Shown here in pieces: positions 44,967 through 57,708 of a DNA stretch of 64,000 nucleotides; position 1 is the first letter of the stretch; every line of letters begins with the position of its first letter. The translations under genes were made by a program, and so were the position numbers. The notes beneath the pieces are model-generated. The model worked only from the letters and a program-made list of their open reading frames with translations, did not search any database and was not told the origin of the DNA. This DNA comes from a virus (taxonomy: Duplodnaviria > Caudoviricetes): the IMG/VR virus record IMGVR_UViG_3300037512_001928, positions 32,001 through 96,000 of that record; one strand, given 5' to 3'.

Positions 44967-45660
44967 ACATCTGTTTGATCAGTTGTATTGTCAGGGTTAC
45001 TTCGCCGCCGTCATGGATGTAAAGAGGCTGATCAGCGGTGCGCGGTATGTGCTGAAGTTCAATCACAGGAAACTGACCGACAAGCGTCTGGATCGTCTGA
45101 TTGATTTTTTGATTGCCCAGCATATCATTATCCGCGATGATCCATCCTGCAGTATCTCGTACGTTCCCGCCAAAGATCAGTGGTGCCTCTTCAATTTTGA
45201 GACTGGCAAGACGATTGCGAGTGAAGGCGATGGCTGATTTTAATATTCAGGAATATCAGGCGGGGTATACAAAGGCGCTGCTTGATGTGTATGAAATCTT
45301 TTCGCAGTATGACAGACAGATGTCAAAGCTTCGGATCATCAGTGCTCCGGCGTCCGAGAAGATCCGTAAGATCATGGACGCCATGATTGCCGCCCGGTAT
45401 GACTGTATGAAGTACGGCGTAAAGGATATGAATCTCGTGTTGACCAAGGATCATAAGTTCCGGCTGAAAAGGAAGGAGCCTGAAAAATGAAGGGCAAAGT
45501 AGTTGAAACCATCTTTATTAACGATTCCGATGCGACTGTGGACAAGCTGATTGTCTGGCTGCAGAGTCTTCCGCCGAATACTCCGGTTCCTTCCGATATA
45601 ACCTTCGCCTACAGCTATGAGAAGGAAAAGTTCTTAGTGCTTTCACTGGAGGATTTATGA
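44956..45660 (+). other. Three small hypothetical genes
   Basis: Coupled ORFs ending at 45237, 45490 and 45660. Confidence 0.55.
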
Positions 45661-48600
45661 AGAATTACTGCGTTTATCATTTACACAGTGATTTATCTCT
45701 TCTGGATTCCACCACCAACTTTAAGGATTATGTCAACAAAGCGGTCGAGTCAGGGATGACCGCCATTGCCTCGACCGAGCATGGGCTTCCGCGATCGTGG
45801 GTTGAAAAGAAACTGTACTGCGATGAGAAGGGGATCAAATTTATTCACGGTGTTGAGATCTACCTGACCGAGGCGTTGGAGCCAAAGGTTCGTGACAACT
45901 ATCATACGATTCTGCTTGCGAAGAACATCGAAGGTGTGCATGAGCTGAACCGCCTGATTGAATTGTCTTCCCGTCCCGATCATATGTATTACAGCAACCG
46001 GCTTTCCTTTGATGAGTTCCTGGCGATATCGTCGAACATCATTAAGATCAGCGCGTGCCTTGCATCTCCGTTGCGTAGGCTCCCGCCGTATCATGAGCGC
46101 TTCCGCGAACTGCTGAAACATTATGATTACCTCGAAGTTCAGCCGCACAGCAACGAGGAACAGGCTGATTACAATCGTAAGCTGATGCATTATTCAGATA
46201 CGTTTGGAATCCCGCTGATCGCCGGTACGGATACGCATTCGCTGAATCAGTACAAGGCTGAGTGCCGTGATATTCTGATGTGGCGCAAGGAGCAGTTCTA
46301 TCCCGGCGAGGAAGGTTTTGACCTGACGTGGCATTCCTGCGATGAACTACTGCATGCGTTTCAGGTTCAGAATGCACTGCCTCCTGCGGTGTATCTTGAA
46401 GCGATCGAAAATACAAACGTTATGGCTGATAGCGTCGATAATTTTGAGCTTAATAAAAGTATCAAGTATCCAATCCTTTACGGATCGCCGGAGAATGATA
46501 CAAAGAAACTGCACGAAGTTGTATGGCGTAAGCTTGACGAAAAGCTTGAAACCGGGATTATTCCACGGGAGCAGGAACAGGGATTCCGCGATGCGATCAG
46601 TGAAGAATTCCGGGTCTTTGAAAAGATCGGTATGAGCGGGTTCATATTATGCATGCATGAACTTCTTTCATGGTGCCGTGATTCCGGGATGTATATCGGA
46701 CCCGGACGCGGTTCTGTTGGCGGTTCCCGTGTCGCGTACGTTGCCGATATTATCGACATTAACCCTGAACAGTGGAACACAAACTTTGCAAGGTTTGCAA
46801 ACGAGGACAGAAAAGAAATAGGTCGAACGATGGCCTACGTTGGCTGAGAAGCCTCCGAAAAAATATCCATTGAATTGCTGGGACACCCTGAGAGCCGTCA
46901 AGCTACAACGTGCGGATGAAAGACGCCGGAGCGTGAATGCCTGAGAATCTGACGGATTGGGCAATCAGCAGCGAAACTCCGAATAGGAGAACGTTCAACG
47001 ACCATCCCTTTGGGAGTACATCGCAAGCGCGATGGAAGTGGTGGACATCCTTCGGGATGAAGATATGGTCTGTGCTTTATGGAAACATAAAGGGTGAAAA
47101 CCTGCCCGGGGTAGCGCCTGGTATGTGTGTGTAAATGGTAAGGAAGGAGGTGAGTAGTTATGGGTAAAGTGAAAGATTTGACCGGGATGAAGTTTGGAAG
47201 ATGGACTGTCATTCACGAAGTTGGGCGTAATAAGTCTGGCGGTGCGACATGGTTGTGTCAGTGTGAATGCGGGACTATGCGTGTATTAGATGGACGGTCT
47301 TTACGTGAACATACGAGTAAATCCTGCGGTTGTTTAGTTAAAGACCCTTCATATGTACATTGTAAACCAAATCTTAAACATGGCGGGAGAAATGAGAGAT
47401 TATACCAAGTATGGCGTGGTATGATTGATCGGTGCCACAATCAAAAGAACAAGTATTATCCGTGTTATGGTGCTCGTGGTATTACAGTATGTGATGAATG
47501 GCGATATGATTATGCTGTATTTCGTGAGTGGGCGATGAGTCATGGATATGATCCAAACGCTAAGAAATATGATTGTACTATTGATCGTATTGATAATGAT
47601 AAAGGCTATTCTCCAGAGAATTGTGCATGGCATAATCAAGTTGAGCAGTGTAATAACCGATCAAACAATCATATCATAACCTTCAATGGTGAGTCACACA
47701 CCATTTCTGAATGGGCAAGAATGGTTGGATTAAGCAAGGATACATTGCGACGTCGGATTGAAAATTATGGATGGACAATCGAAATGGCCCTGACTACTCC
47801 AAACACACACACTGCATAACACTTCAGGACATCGACGTGGATGTAGTTGATTCTGATCGTCCTGCAATCTTTGAGCATATCGAATCAAAGTTCGGTAAAC
47901 CTTATACGGGTCGTGTCGCGGCATATGGTACGATTCAGTCCCTGGCATTTATCGACGATGTGGGCGGCGGTCTTGCAAACAAATGGGAATGGGAGCACAA
48001 CCCTGACAAGTTCAATGAATCCCGGCATATAAAAATCAAAGGCGATTATGATCCTGCGAATCCGTTTACGCTGAAGCGTATCGCTGAAATCAAAGCCGCA
48101 TATAAACAGGATCAGGATGCCGCCATGGCGCGTTATCCTGAGATCTTCCGGTATTATGACGGCTTGGTCGGTACAAGAGTATCGCAGTCGATTCATCCTG
48201 CCGGGATCGTCATCTCCCCTCTTGTCCTTGACGAAGAATATGGTGTGTTCAACAAAGACGGCGAACGCTGTTTGTTGTTGAATATGGACGAGCTTCACGA
48301 GGTTGGCGCTGCGAAGTTCGACTTTCTGATCCTGAAAACCGTAACGGTTATTCGCGATTGTTATGCGCTGATGGGTAAACAGCCGCCGAGAATGCATGAA
48401 GTCAACTGGGATGATCAAAAGGTTTGGGCTTCCATGGCGTCGGATGCGAATTCCATCTTCCAGTTTGAATCCGACTTTGCTGCTGAATCCATGAAGAAAT
48501 TCAAGCCCAAGTCAATCTTTGATTTATCCATGGTGACTGCGGCATTGCGTCCATCTGGAACGTCATATCGTGATCAGCTGTTTGCACATATTCCGCATCA

Positions 48601-49756
48601 TAATCCATCAACAATGATTGACAAGTTGTTGAGCGATTCAAATGGATACCTTATTTACCAAGAGCAGATTATTGCTTTTTTACAACAAATCTGTGGATTG
48701 TCAGGTTCTGAATCGGATTCGACCAGGCGCGGGATCGCAAGAAAGAGGCCTGAGATACTTGAGAAAATGTTACCGCGCATTCTTGATGGTTATTGTTCAA
48801 GAAGTGATAAATCTCGCGAGGTTGCAACAAAGGAATGTCAGGAGTTCCTTCAGATTATTGAGGATGCAAGCTCATACATGTTCGGGTACAATCACAGTAT
48901 AAGCTACTGCCTCCTATCCTATATGTGCGGTTATCTCCGTTACTACCATCCTCTCGAATGGATTGCCGCGTTCATGAAGAATGCCGCCAACGATGATGAT
49001 ATCAAAACGGGTAAACAGATGGCAAAGGATCGCGGGATCACATTCACGCGTCCTGTCTTTGGTCAGGATAACCGCACGTATTATATCGACCATCAGCATA
49101 AGTCCATCTCCGATTCGATCTCCAGTATCAAAGGTGTCGGGCTGAAGGATGCAGAGGCAATTCTGAGGATCTACAATGATGGCAACTACAGTAACTTCAT
49201 CGAAGTTCTCTATCAGATGATCATGACTGAGAATGCGCTGAACCGGGCAGTCATCGAAACGCTGATCATGAGCGATTACTTCCGCGAGTTCGGATCCCGT
49301 GGTAAACTGATGCATCTCGCCAGCGAGGTTTTTGATGGCAAGAATCGCCTGACAAAAACGCTGAAGCCAGCCACGGTTTATGATCGCCTTGGTAAACTCT
49401 CGCTCGAAGAACAGCTGACGCCGGAGTCCGATTTTACCGCGAAGGAAATTATCCAGTTTGAGATCTCCCACTACGGCGAACCGATCTCGGTTATTGCCAC
49501 GGCAACCAACCAGTATGCCGTTCTGACGGTGGATACAAAGTATTCGCCGAAGATTGAGCTGTACAATCTGACCAAAGGTACTCGTGGTCTGATGAAAGTC
49601 CGCAAGCCGTATTTCAATAAGAATCCGCTGGCTGTCGGGGATATGATTGCAATGATTCGCTGGCATCCTGATCAGGCGTACAGTTTCAAGGACGGTCAGC
49701 GTGTGGTCAAACCCGGCGTGAAGGATCTGTGGTTGGATGAGTATCGTATATTATAA
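45657..49756 (+). CDS. dnaE: DNA polymerase III alpha subunit, two exons (45657-46823, 47828-49756)
   Basis: PHP domain HLHS...EHG...GVEIY...TDTH, GRGSVGGS; splicing restores RFANEDRKEIG-DIDVD; KFDFLIL, YQEQI, YNHS. Confidence 0.92.
46824..47827 (+). mobile_element. Group I intron (IA-like) in dnaE
   Basis: P1 UAGGU|C pairs with GGCCUA with a U-G wobble at the splice site; P AATTGCTGGGA, Q AATCAGCAG, R GTTCAACGACCA, S AAGATATGGTC; terminal G 47827. Confidence 0.9.
47160..47819 (+). CDS. Intron-encoded HNH homing endonuclease
   Basis: DLTGMKFGRWTV, WLCQCECG, RGITVCDEW, TIDRIDNDKGYSPENCAW. Confidence 0.88.
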   Translation: MGKVKDLTGMKFGRWTVIHEVGRNKSGGATWLCQCECGTMRVLDGRSLREHTSKSCGCLVKDPSYVHCKPNLKHGGRNERLYQVWRGMIDRCHNQKNKYYPCYGARGITVCDEWRYDYAVFREWAMSHGYDPNAKKYDCTIDRIDNDKGYSPENCAWHNQVEQCNNRSNNHIITFNGESHTISEWARMVGLSKDTLRRRIENYGWTIEMALTTPNTHTA

Positions 49757-52634
49757 GAGGTGTATATATGATCAAAGTACTTGATGGCGAAATGGAATTT
49801 GAGCCGCTTGACCCGGATGATATGCCGCGATTCCTGAATAGTATTGCCTGTGATTACTTCGCGGATCAGCCGGAAATTAAATGGAAGCTTGCTCAGTGTT
49901 CGTTCTGGATCCATATGATCAACGAGATACGCAAGATGAATCGCTGAAAATATATTAACCGCACATGCGGACCATAGGAGCCGCCTTGTTACAGATGTTT
50001 GCCAGCACCCCGGGACAAGGTTGAAGAACGTGACCTGCGCTGAGGTGCACATTCCGAGGTTATAAGAATGGCAGAGATGGCAACTGTCAGCCTGAATTAG
50101 CAGGAATGATCAAGGCTGAAAGGAGTATAAATATGTGGCATAAATGTAAATGTTGTCGCTGTGGGAAATATAAGTATTGTCATGTCAAATCTTTGGAATC
50201 GCGTGTTCTTTGGAAATGTGATGAATGTGAAATCCTGACTGTTATCTTTACAAAGGAGTCTACGGCAGATGAGTAATCAACATATTCTGATTGACATAAA
50301 CGAGGCTTCAACTGTTGTGATGAACTTTATCGGGACAGAAAAATATCACGATATTCTCTCTGCTATAGAGGATAATGCGGCTGCGGGTTTCAGTGCCGGG
50401 CTGTCATTTGCGCTTTGCCTGGCGATGGCATACTGTAAAACATTTCTGTATCATGTCGAAGAAGAAAAGTCCTGATTGCAGTTCCTGCCCGAACTATTAT
50501 CTGATCTGGTGGAGCGGTGGGAAACACAGATGTAAACTTAAACCTGTATACATACTTGACAGGTTTACAAAACGAAGACCAAAGTGGTGCCCGTTACGGG
50601 ACAATGATTAATCGAGGAGATGTATACATGGATTTCGGATATGTATGGCCCGCTCTTCGTTCCGGGCGTAAGGTTCGTCTTGAAGGCTGGCTTGGTTATT
50701 GGGCTTGGGAAAATAATACAATCATGATGCATTGTGCGAACGGTGATGTGATTGATATTCGCAATACGAATGATGTCACATATACGTTCAGTAACATTGC
50801 GTTGGATCGCTGGGAGATTGTTGAGGATTGATCTATGGATGATATCAAACTCTACGCAGTCCTGTTCGGTATATGTATCGGATGGCTGATCTGGTTATCT
50901 TTGGATGTGTACGATCTTCATGAAGAGATCAAAAAGCTGAAGAGGCGGTAACTCAATATGAGTGATGATTTTATAGTAATGTTTGCTATGGTTACAGGAT
51001 CAATCATTGCTTTGGTAACAATACTGCCAATGGTGATTGTACACCTTTAACACAGAAAGGATGATTGTATGAATCAACCACATATTCTTGTTGATATGAA
51101 TGAAGCATCGTCTGTTGTAATGAAATTTATCGGAACTGATAAGTTTGATGAAGTCGTGTCAGCAGTAGAAAACAACGCAAAAGCAGGATTCACAGCAGGA
51201 TTATCATTTGCTTTATGTTTGATTATGGCTGAAGCAAAAACATATCTCTATCACGTTGACAAACAGAAAGCAGAAGACACTTAAAGTGACCAATTAAGGA
51301 GAAACAGTATGAACGTAATGTACGAACCGAAGAAAGTAACAGCTGTTTTACGAGTTGTTGTTACTGGTGAATTTTATGACGATGAAGCTTCTGAAGAAAC
51401 ACTTCGATATTGTGTAGAACAATACCTTGGAGATGCTGGATTTGATGTCGATGTATCTGTGTTAAGGTGACCGTTTGTGACGGAGGTGCGAAATGAAAAA
51501 ATGCTGTGAATGCTGCGTCTGGGCGATAGATGAGAATGGCCTGCTTTTATGCGTATCATCCCCGAAAACCTTGCTTCATATTGTCAAGCACAAGAGCGGT
51601 TGGAAGAAGCGAAAACATTAAAAAGTCCAGAGTTGGTTAAAATTTATACCGCGATAGTCAATAGGCTTTCAATACAGTTAAAAGCGTGAAACTTCGCAAT
51701 ATAAGCGGATTGTAGTGACTTAAAGGAATTTTAACGCAGGATCTTGATCCGGCTTAAAGTAACCAATTACATAGGAGGAAAGTATGGATAAGATATTTGG
51801 ATTTGAAAAGGCTGAAGATATAGCCAAATATATAACAGAGCACGCCAGAGAAAATAATCTGCGCATTACTTTGACTGTAGAACCTGGGAGATATGAGGTG
51901 AGCGTAGAGCCGTGGGAAAATGTCGTTATGTACTGCCCATATCATCAAAAAGAGATTAAAGATTGCAAATAATTCGATGACGCTTTTAGTAAGGTGATGC
52001 CGAATGAATGAAAATCTTGAAAATCGTTTCATAAATTTGAAGGATGAAGCATTGAAGATAAATTGCTCCGATAATGAAACGGAGCATAGCGGATTGCATT
52101 GTATTGTATGCAATAAAAAATGTTATGATTTAATTTGTGATGAATGTAAACGAGCAATCAAATGGGCAAGATTACAAATGTATAAAGTTCAAAGAATTAT
52201 AGTTAAAAATAATTAGATAACAATTAGCAGTAACTAAATTCACAATAGGAGCATTTATGGAAGTGTCTGGATGATCTGGGTTAGCTGTGTAAAATGATGT
52301 AATAAAGCAGGAAAGGTAGGATGACGATGCCTGACAGGGAGAAGGTTATCAAAGCACTTGAGTGCAGGAAAAACGCAGACAAGCGGTGCGAAAATCCATG
52401 CGAAGAAACAGGGATGTGCCATTACGCAACGGCAGTTCGTGACATAAACGGTGAAATTTATAGACCGTTTATCTGCGACAGGGAAAGAATCTGTACCGAT
52501 GTCCTTGACCTGCTGAAAGAGCAGGAAGCGGTAAAACCTGTAAAACAGATAGAGCAAACTGAGTGGACAGTATGCGGTAATTGCCGTAATCACATTATCT
52601 CAAAATGGATATTCTGTCCGTATTGTGGAAGGTC

Positions 52635-54223
52635 GGTGAAGTGGGAATGAATAACGAAGAATGGTGCAAGAAGAATTGCCCATATAGTACGGATTGTGCT
52701 TGTGATGGAGTTTGTAATTTCGTTTTATTTTTGCTGAAAGAACAGGAAGCGGTTGAACCTGATATTGATTCAGAAGGAACATGTACTTGCGGGAACTGCG
52801 GTGAAACAGTTGGATACTATCCCGTTGGATGTAATACTCCGCAAAAATTATGCAAGTTTTGCCAAAATTGCGGAAAGGAGGTGAAGTGGAAATGCTGACA
52901 ATTAGAAAAATAAAATATAACTATAATACAGAATGCAATTCATGCGGAAAGGTAAGAAAACAGTATTACGAGATTTGCTATGGAATTCCTGTCCATGACT
53001 TTCCCTGGCAACCATACTCTACTCTTCCGCTTTGCAGAACATGCCTTAGAAGATTGAGTGGAAGTATCGAAAAAAAATTATCGGTTTCAGACAGGCGGTG
53101 AAGTGGGATGGTTGAAAATAAGTTCCCTGATGATTGCCCCGAAAATTGCCCGTATTTTCATAACGTTGGCTTATCTGATGAAGATCAATACTTCTTTTGC
53201 GACTTAATAGGAGTAGAAATACATGGATATACAGACCACTGTTTTTGTCCGATAAAAACAGTGGTAATATAGGTGGTGAAGTGGTATGCCTGACAGGGAA
53301 GCATTAGAACTTGTACAAAAATGTTTAGATGACTGGCCTTATGCGGCTACGAGAGTCGTGGACATTATGACCCGGCTTGAAAAGGTAAAGGAACTGCTGA
53401 AAGAGCAGGACAAAAGCCGTCTTGAAATAGCACATGAAATGGTAACAGGCTCGATTCTGATGTGTCAAGGCAAAGAAATAGTACGGTGCAAGGATTGCAA
53501 GCATAGACCGAAATTGTTAGTAACAGACATAGAAGATATGGAAAGCGGTTTTGATTTGCAGTTCCCGGACTATAAATGTCATTGCAGAAATGATGGTGAT
53601 GGTTGGTACTCATGGTATCCGCCAGACGATTGGTTCTGTGCTGACGGGGAACGCAAATGATTTAAAGGTCACCTTAACCGAATCGGGGGTGACTATGTGG
53701 ACAGGGAGAAGGTTATCAGAGGGCTTGAGGAACTGTGCAAATACCTGTTTCATGAGTATGAAATATGCTATCACGGAGATCAAGAAGACATTTATAACAG
53801 GTTTTTGATTGCCGATAATGCCCTTGCCCTGCTGAAAGAGCAGGAAGCGAAGACCGGAGCGTGGCAATGGAAGATTCATGGGAAACCGGAAAGCGGAGGC
53901 ACGCTTGGAGAAGCGGTCTGCGATCAGTGCGGGGAATCAACGTATGCGACGGCAGTTAAGGGCACTTTAAATTATTGCCCGAACTGCGGAGCAAAGATGA
54001 CGGACAGGCGGTGAAGTGGGAATGAAAGACCCGTATGAAGAGGTATGGAAGAATATCATAGAGTCATTCAACGCACAATCAAAGGCGATTTTATGGATTG
54101 CTGAACGGACTCTATCTGCGAAGGATTTTAAGGAGTTTGTAGATGAGTTCGCAAAAAAGCCAAAAGACGATCATGACGAACTGCTTGATTTTATACGCAA
54201 GAAAGGTTGGTGAAGTGGGAATG
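52635..54223 (+). repeat. Dispersed junction repeat GGTGAAGTGG-N1-2-ATG
   Basis: Copies at 52635, 52880, 53097, 53275, 54010, 54209. Confidence 0.85.
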
Positions 54224-55309
54224 AGTTGGAGTATTCCATCAAAAGAAGAAGCTGAAGAGTATACTCGATCTTATCTTGCCGCACAGGAAGCCTATTACGA
54301 AGAACACATGGATGATTGTTGTGAGACATGCGATTTTTACGAATGCGGCAAATGCTATTTGGACATTGGCGAGCTTGTCGAAAAAGACTACAGTTGCAAA
54401 TTCTATAGAAGGCAGTGAAATGAAATGAATGACAAGGAAATCATGGAGGATTATTACATGAAAAGCGTAGAAGAAGTCATTGAAGGTGAATCTAATGGAT
54501 CAAGATTTAGCAGAAAAGATATATTGGATACTGATTGAAGAAGGACAGCACAATTTAAAATTTTCGCTTGGCAGTATAATCACAAATACACCGGATGAAG
54601 TAAGGAATATTATTCAAAAACACATCAAGGAACTAACTCAAAGTGACTAATAACCGTTTACCAAAGGTATATGGGGCTATGACATTAAAGGAATTATGGT
54701 GGGGGGGGGATACTGTGACAACTTGGAAAGATGTGCGTGAAACGTTGGAAAAGTTGAAACAAGCGGTTGAAGAAATGCGGAAAGCAAGCAAAGCACTTTT
54801 GGAAGAAGTAAATAAACCGTGGATAGTACGATAAATTAGTGTTAACGGAGGATGGCAGAATGACTGTGAAAGAACTAAAGGAAAAACTCGAAAATGTTCA
54901 AGATGATGCTAAAGTAATGCTTATCGATATGGATAGTATTTGGCAGTCTGGGCGATATGACGTTGAAGATATTTGTATCGAAAACGAAGGGAAAACAGTA
55001 TTGATCATGTAATTTATTGTGATCTTTTGTTAGTGAAGGTCAGAATACACCGGCAACACATTTGCTCGTTTATTGTGGCAACAAGAATCACATGATGTTA
55101 GCTATCACAATATTTATGAATGATTGTGCTTTCAAAGTTTAGATTAGCCAATAAGATAATTAAAAAAACGGACTAGGCTAAATATATTAAAATTATTGAT
55201 TTTTAATGAATTACTGAAATTTAGCTATGGACAAATAAGAGAAAGTAGGTTATAGTGTGAAAGTCGGTTAGCCATTGATTTATTGGCGTAAATCCAGGAG
55301 GTTAATGAG

Positions 55310-55411
55310 ATGAGCCAGCCTGTAAATATACAATCAATTTCCATACGGAATTTCAAATCCCTCTTTGATGTCACGATCGAACCTGGGAATGTTAATGTGA
55401 TCAAGAAATAA
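55310..55411 (+). pseudogene. 33-aa N-terminal fragment of an ABC/AAA-15-type ATPase
   Basis: IQSISIRNFKSLFDVTIEPGNVNVI then stop before Walker A; promoter TGGACA-17-TATAGT at 55228-55256, RBS AGGAGG. Confidence 0.55.
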
Positions 55412-57708
55412 AATGACGCATTAAGTTAGAAGGAAAAGGAAGAAAACCACGGGCAACAGAATCAAAGAAAATGCGACCATGCGAGGTGAAACATGGAAAG
55501 AGAATGGAGCGTTGAAGAAGTCATTGAAGCACTTCAGACATGGGAAGAACCGTTCTATTCAGAATCAGAAACAAAGTGGCTAATGGAAAAAGCGGCTGAA
55601 CTGTTGAAAGAGTATGAACCACATGTTCTGTCATGGGAAGAAATGGTTGAAGCAGGAAAGAATCATGAAGCGGTATGGGTTGAAGAATATCCAAACACCG
55701 GAAGGAGAAACAGGTGGGCGATTGCCATTGAAGGAGTAGAGCCACCAGAACATGGGTATAATTATCCGGGTGGGGTGGCATTCAATGCCGTTGATGCCGA
55801 TGATGATATTTTCGATGGTGATTTATATTGGTTTGATGGTGTTCTGAGTTGGAGGGCGTGGAATAAAAAGCCTACAGAAATGCAGATGAGGGCTGTGAAA
55901 TGGGAGCAAAAGTGACCTATTTGAAAAATAATCTTACGACTATCTTTTAAAATCATGATGAACACCCTAAAAAACCATACTATGTCTTGTGTGCGATCTT
56001 TTGACCATCTTTTGTTTTTCTCCGATTTGCTGAGTATGGAGCAGCAGAAAGTGACCGTTAACGAAGGAGGTGATTGTATGGCAAACATACTTCGGGAATG
56101 TTGTGGAACAAGACCAAATGTCATAGTAGTAACGTATCTCGGAACCACATATGAGATGTTTGTTATCGAATGTCCAAAGTGTGGGATGAAAACGCAACCA
56201 TATCGTAGACTTGACCGGGCATATAGTGAATGGAATCATCCTGAAGATGTGCATTTGAATTAATGTGACCATTAACGACCTAAATGCAAACGCTTGGAAA
56301 TGCCGAATAACTCAATAATTGGAGTGATTTAACGCATGAACAGATGGAAAGAATTGAAACCTGGTGACCCTGTGTTTGTAAGGAATGAGGTTAGACCGTA
56401 CAGGGTTAAGTGCAGGGATGAACGATTTATTATCTGCACAAAACCATTCAATCCGCAGCGAACCGTAATGTATTTTATCGTTGACCTTGAAAGGCATGTC
56501 AGAGGTACAGACAATATGGTTTTCTGCTCCGGGTATGAAACACAGGAACAATGCGAAGAACGTCTGAAGGAACTACAAGAGGGTCTGATTGAGGTTTCGT
56601 ATCGCAATTATGTCCCATTAGACTAAAGTGACCAAGGAGTTATTATGACGAAAGAAGAAATCCTGAAAGAGATAAAAGAATATCTTGATGATGCGGATAA
56701 GGCTATTAGTGAAAATGAAGAGTATATCAGAGGATGGAAGTCTGCAATGCTTGTTGCGTTGGAGCTTGTCAGTAAATTAAAGTGACCATAAAAGGAGAAA
56801 ACGAAAATGTACAACAGCGGGATCAATGAAGACATTCGGTATCGCGTGATTCTCTATAATGAACATGGTGAAATCATAGAAGATACAATGGTTATAGGGC
56901 AAGACAATGCCTATAATTATGGAGAAAAACGAGCAATAGAGCTTGGAATGCGAAAAACAGATTTCAATGTAAAAGTTGATTAAATGTGACCAAGGAGAAA
57001 TATAAAATGACAGTTAAAGAATTGATTCAAGAGCTTGAGAAATATCCGCAAGATTACACCGTCAAGGTGACGAGAGATGGAATCGCTGGAGATATTTATC
57101 CGGAAGATATTCACTACGGATTGGACGAGAAAGAAAAAGAACTTGTACTTTAATGTGACCATTATCACGGGTGGCGGAATAGGTAAACGCAACTCTGTGG
57201 CAAAGAGTTTGATTATACAAAGGTATGGAGGAAGCCGGGTACAGCGGATGAAAAGGATATATCTTCATAATGCAAACGAACCGCACAACACATGCTGTGA
57301 CAACTGTATCTTCGCCCAGCCGACCAATATAGACGGGCTGATCATCTGTATGCTGGATGGATATTCGAAAGACGCAGATATGTCGTGCCATCATTTTGAC
57401 GCATTGGATTAAGAATGACAGATAATATGTTGTCCAATATTTACGTTTTCCGGCTTTTTAGATAACATATTATCCGTCGAAGGAGTTCTGTAATGATTAA
57501 TGAAGTTGTATACTGTGCCGTCAACGATCGCGATGAAGTACAGTGGGTTCAGGGATCCAGCTCGAAGACGCGCTACTTTCGCACAGACCGATACCTGAAA
57601 AAGGCTGTCAGATATCATAACACATTTCACGGCGATGATTACTGGCATATCGCGAAGTGTAACCTGGTCGAAGACGTCTACTACGAGGAATAAAATTTTT
57701 GTTTGAAC

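Larger units (their letters stand above)
51281..57165 (+). repeat. Dispersed junction repeat TTAA(A/T/G)GTGACC(N1-2)TTAA
   Basis: Copies near 51281, 51462, 51754, 53662 (inverted), 54639, 55908, 56048, 56260, 56623, 56777, 56980, 57150. Confidence 0.8.
49768..57693 (+). other. Array of about 30 small, lower-GC genes (many Zn-ribbon) separated by conserved junction motifs
   Basis: ORFs such as 50269-50475, 51069-51284, 52321-52650, 53286-53660, 53697-54014, 55493-55915, 56336-56626; repeated TTAAAGTGACC and GGTGAAGTGG motifs. Confidence 0.7.

Noticed and set aside
46824-47827. Intein or frameshift in dnaE
   Set aside because: Stop codons intervene, and group I P/Q/R/S elements, P1 and a terminal G are present
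49768-57693. Diversity-generating retroelement or classical integron
   Set aside because: No reverse transcriptase, no TR/VR pair with A-specific mismatches, no attC hairpins or IntI-type integrase seen
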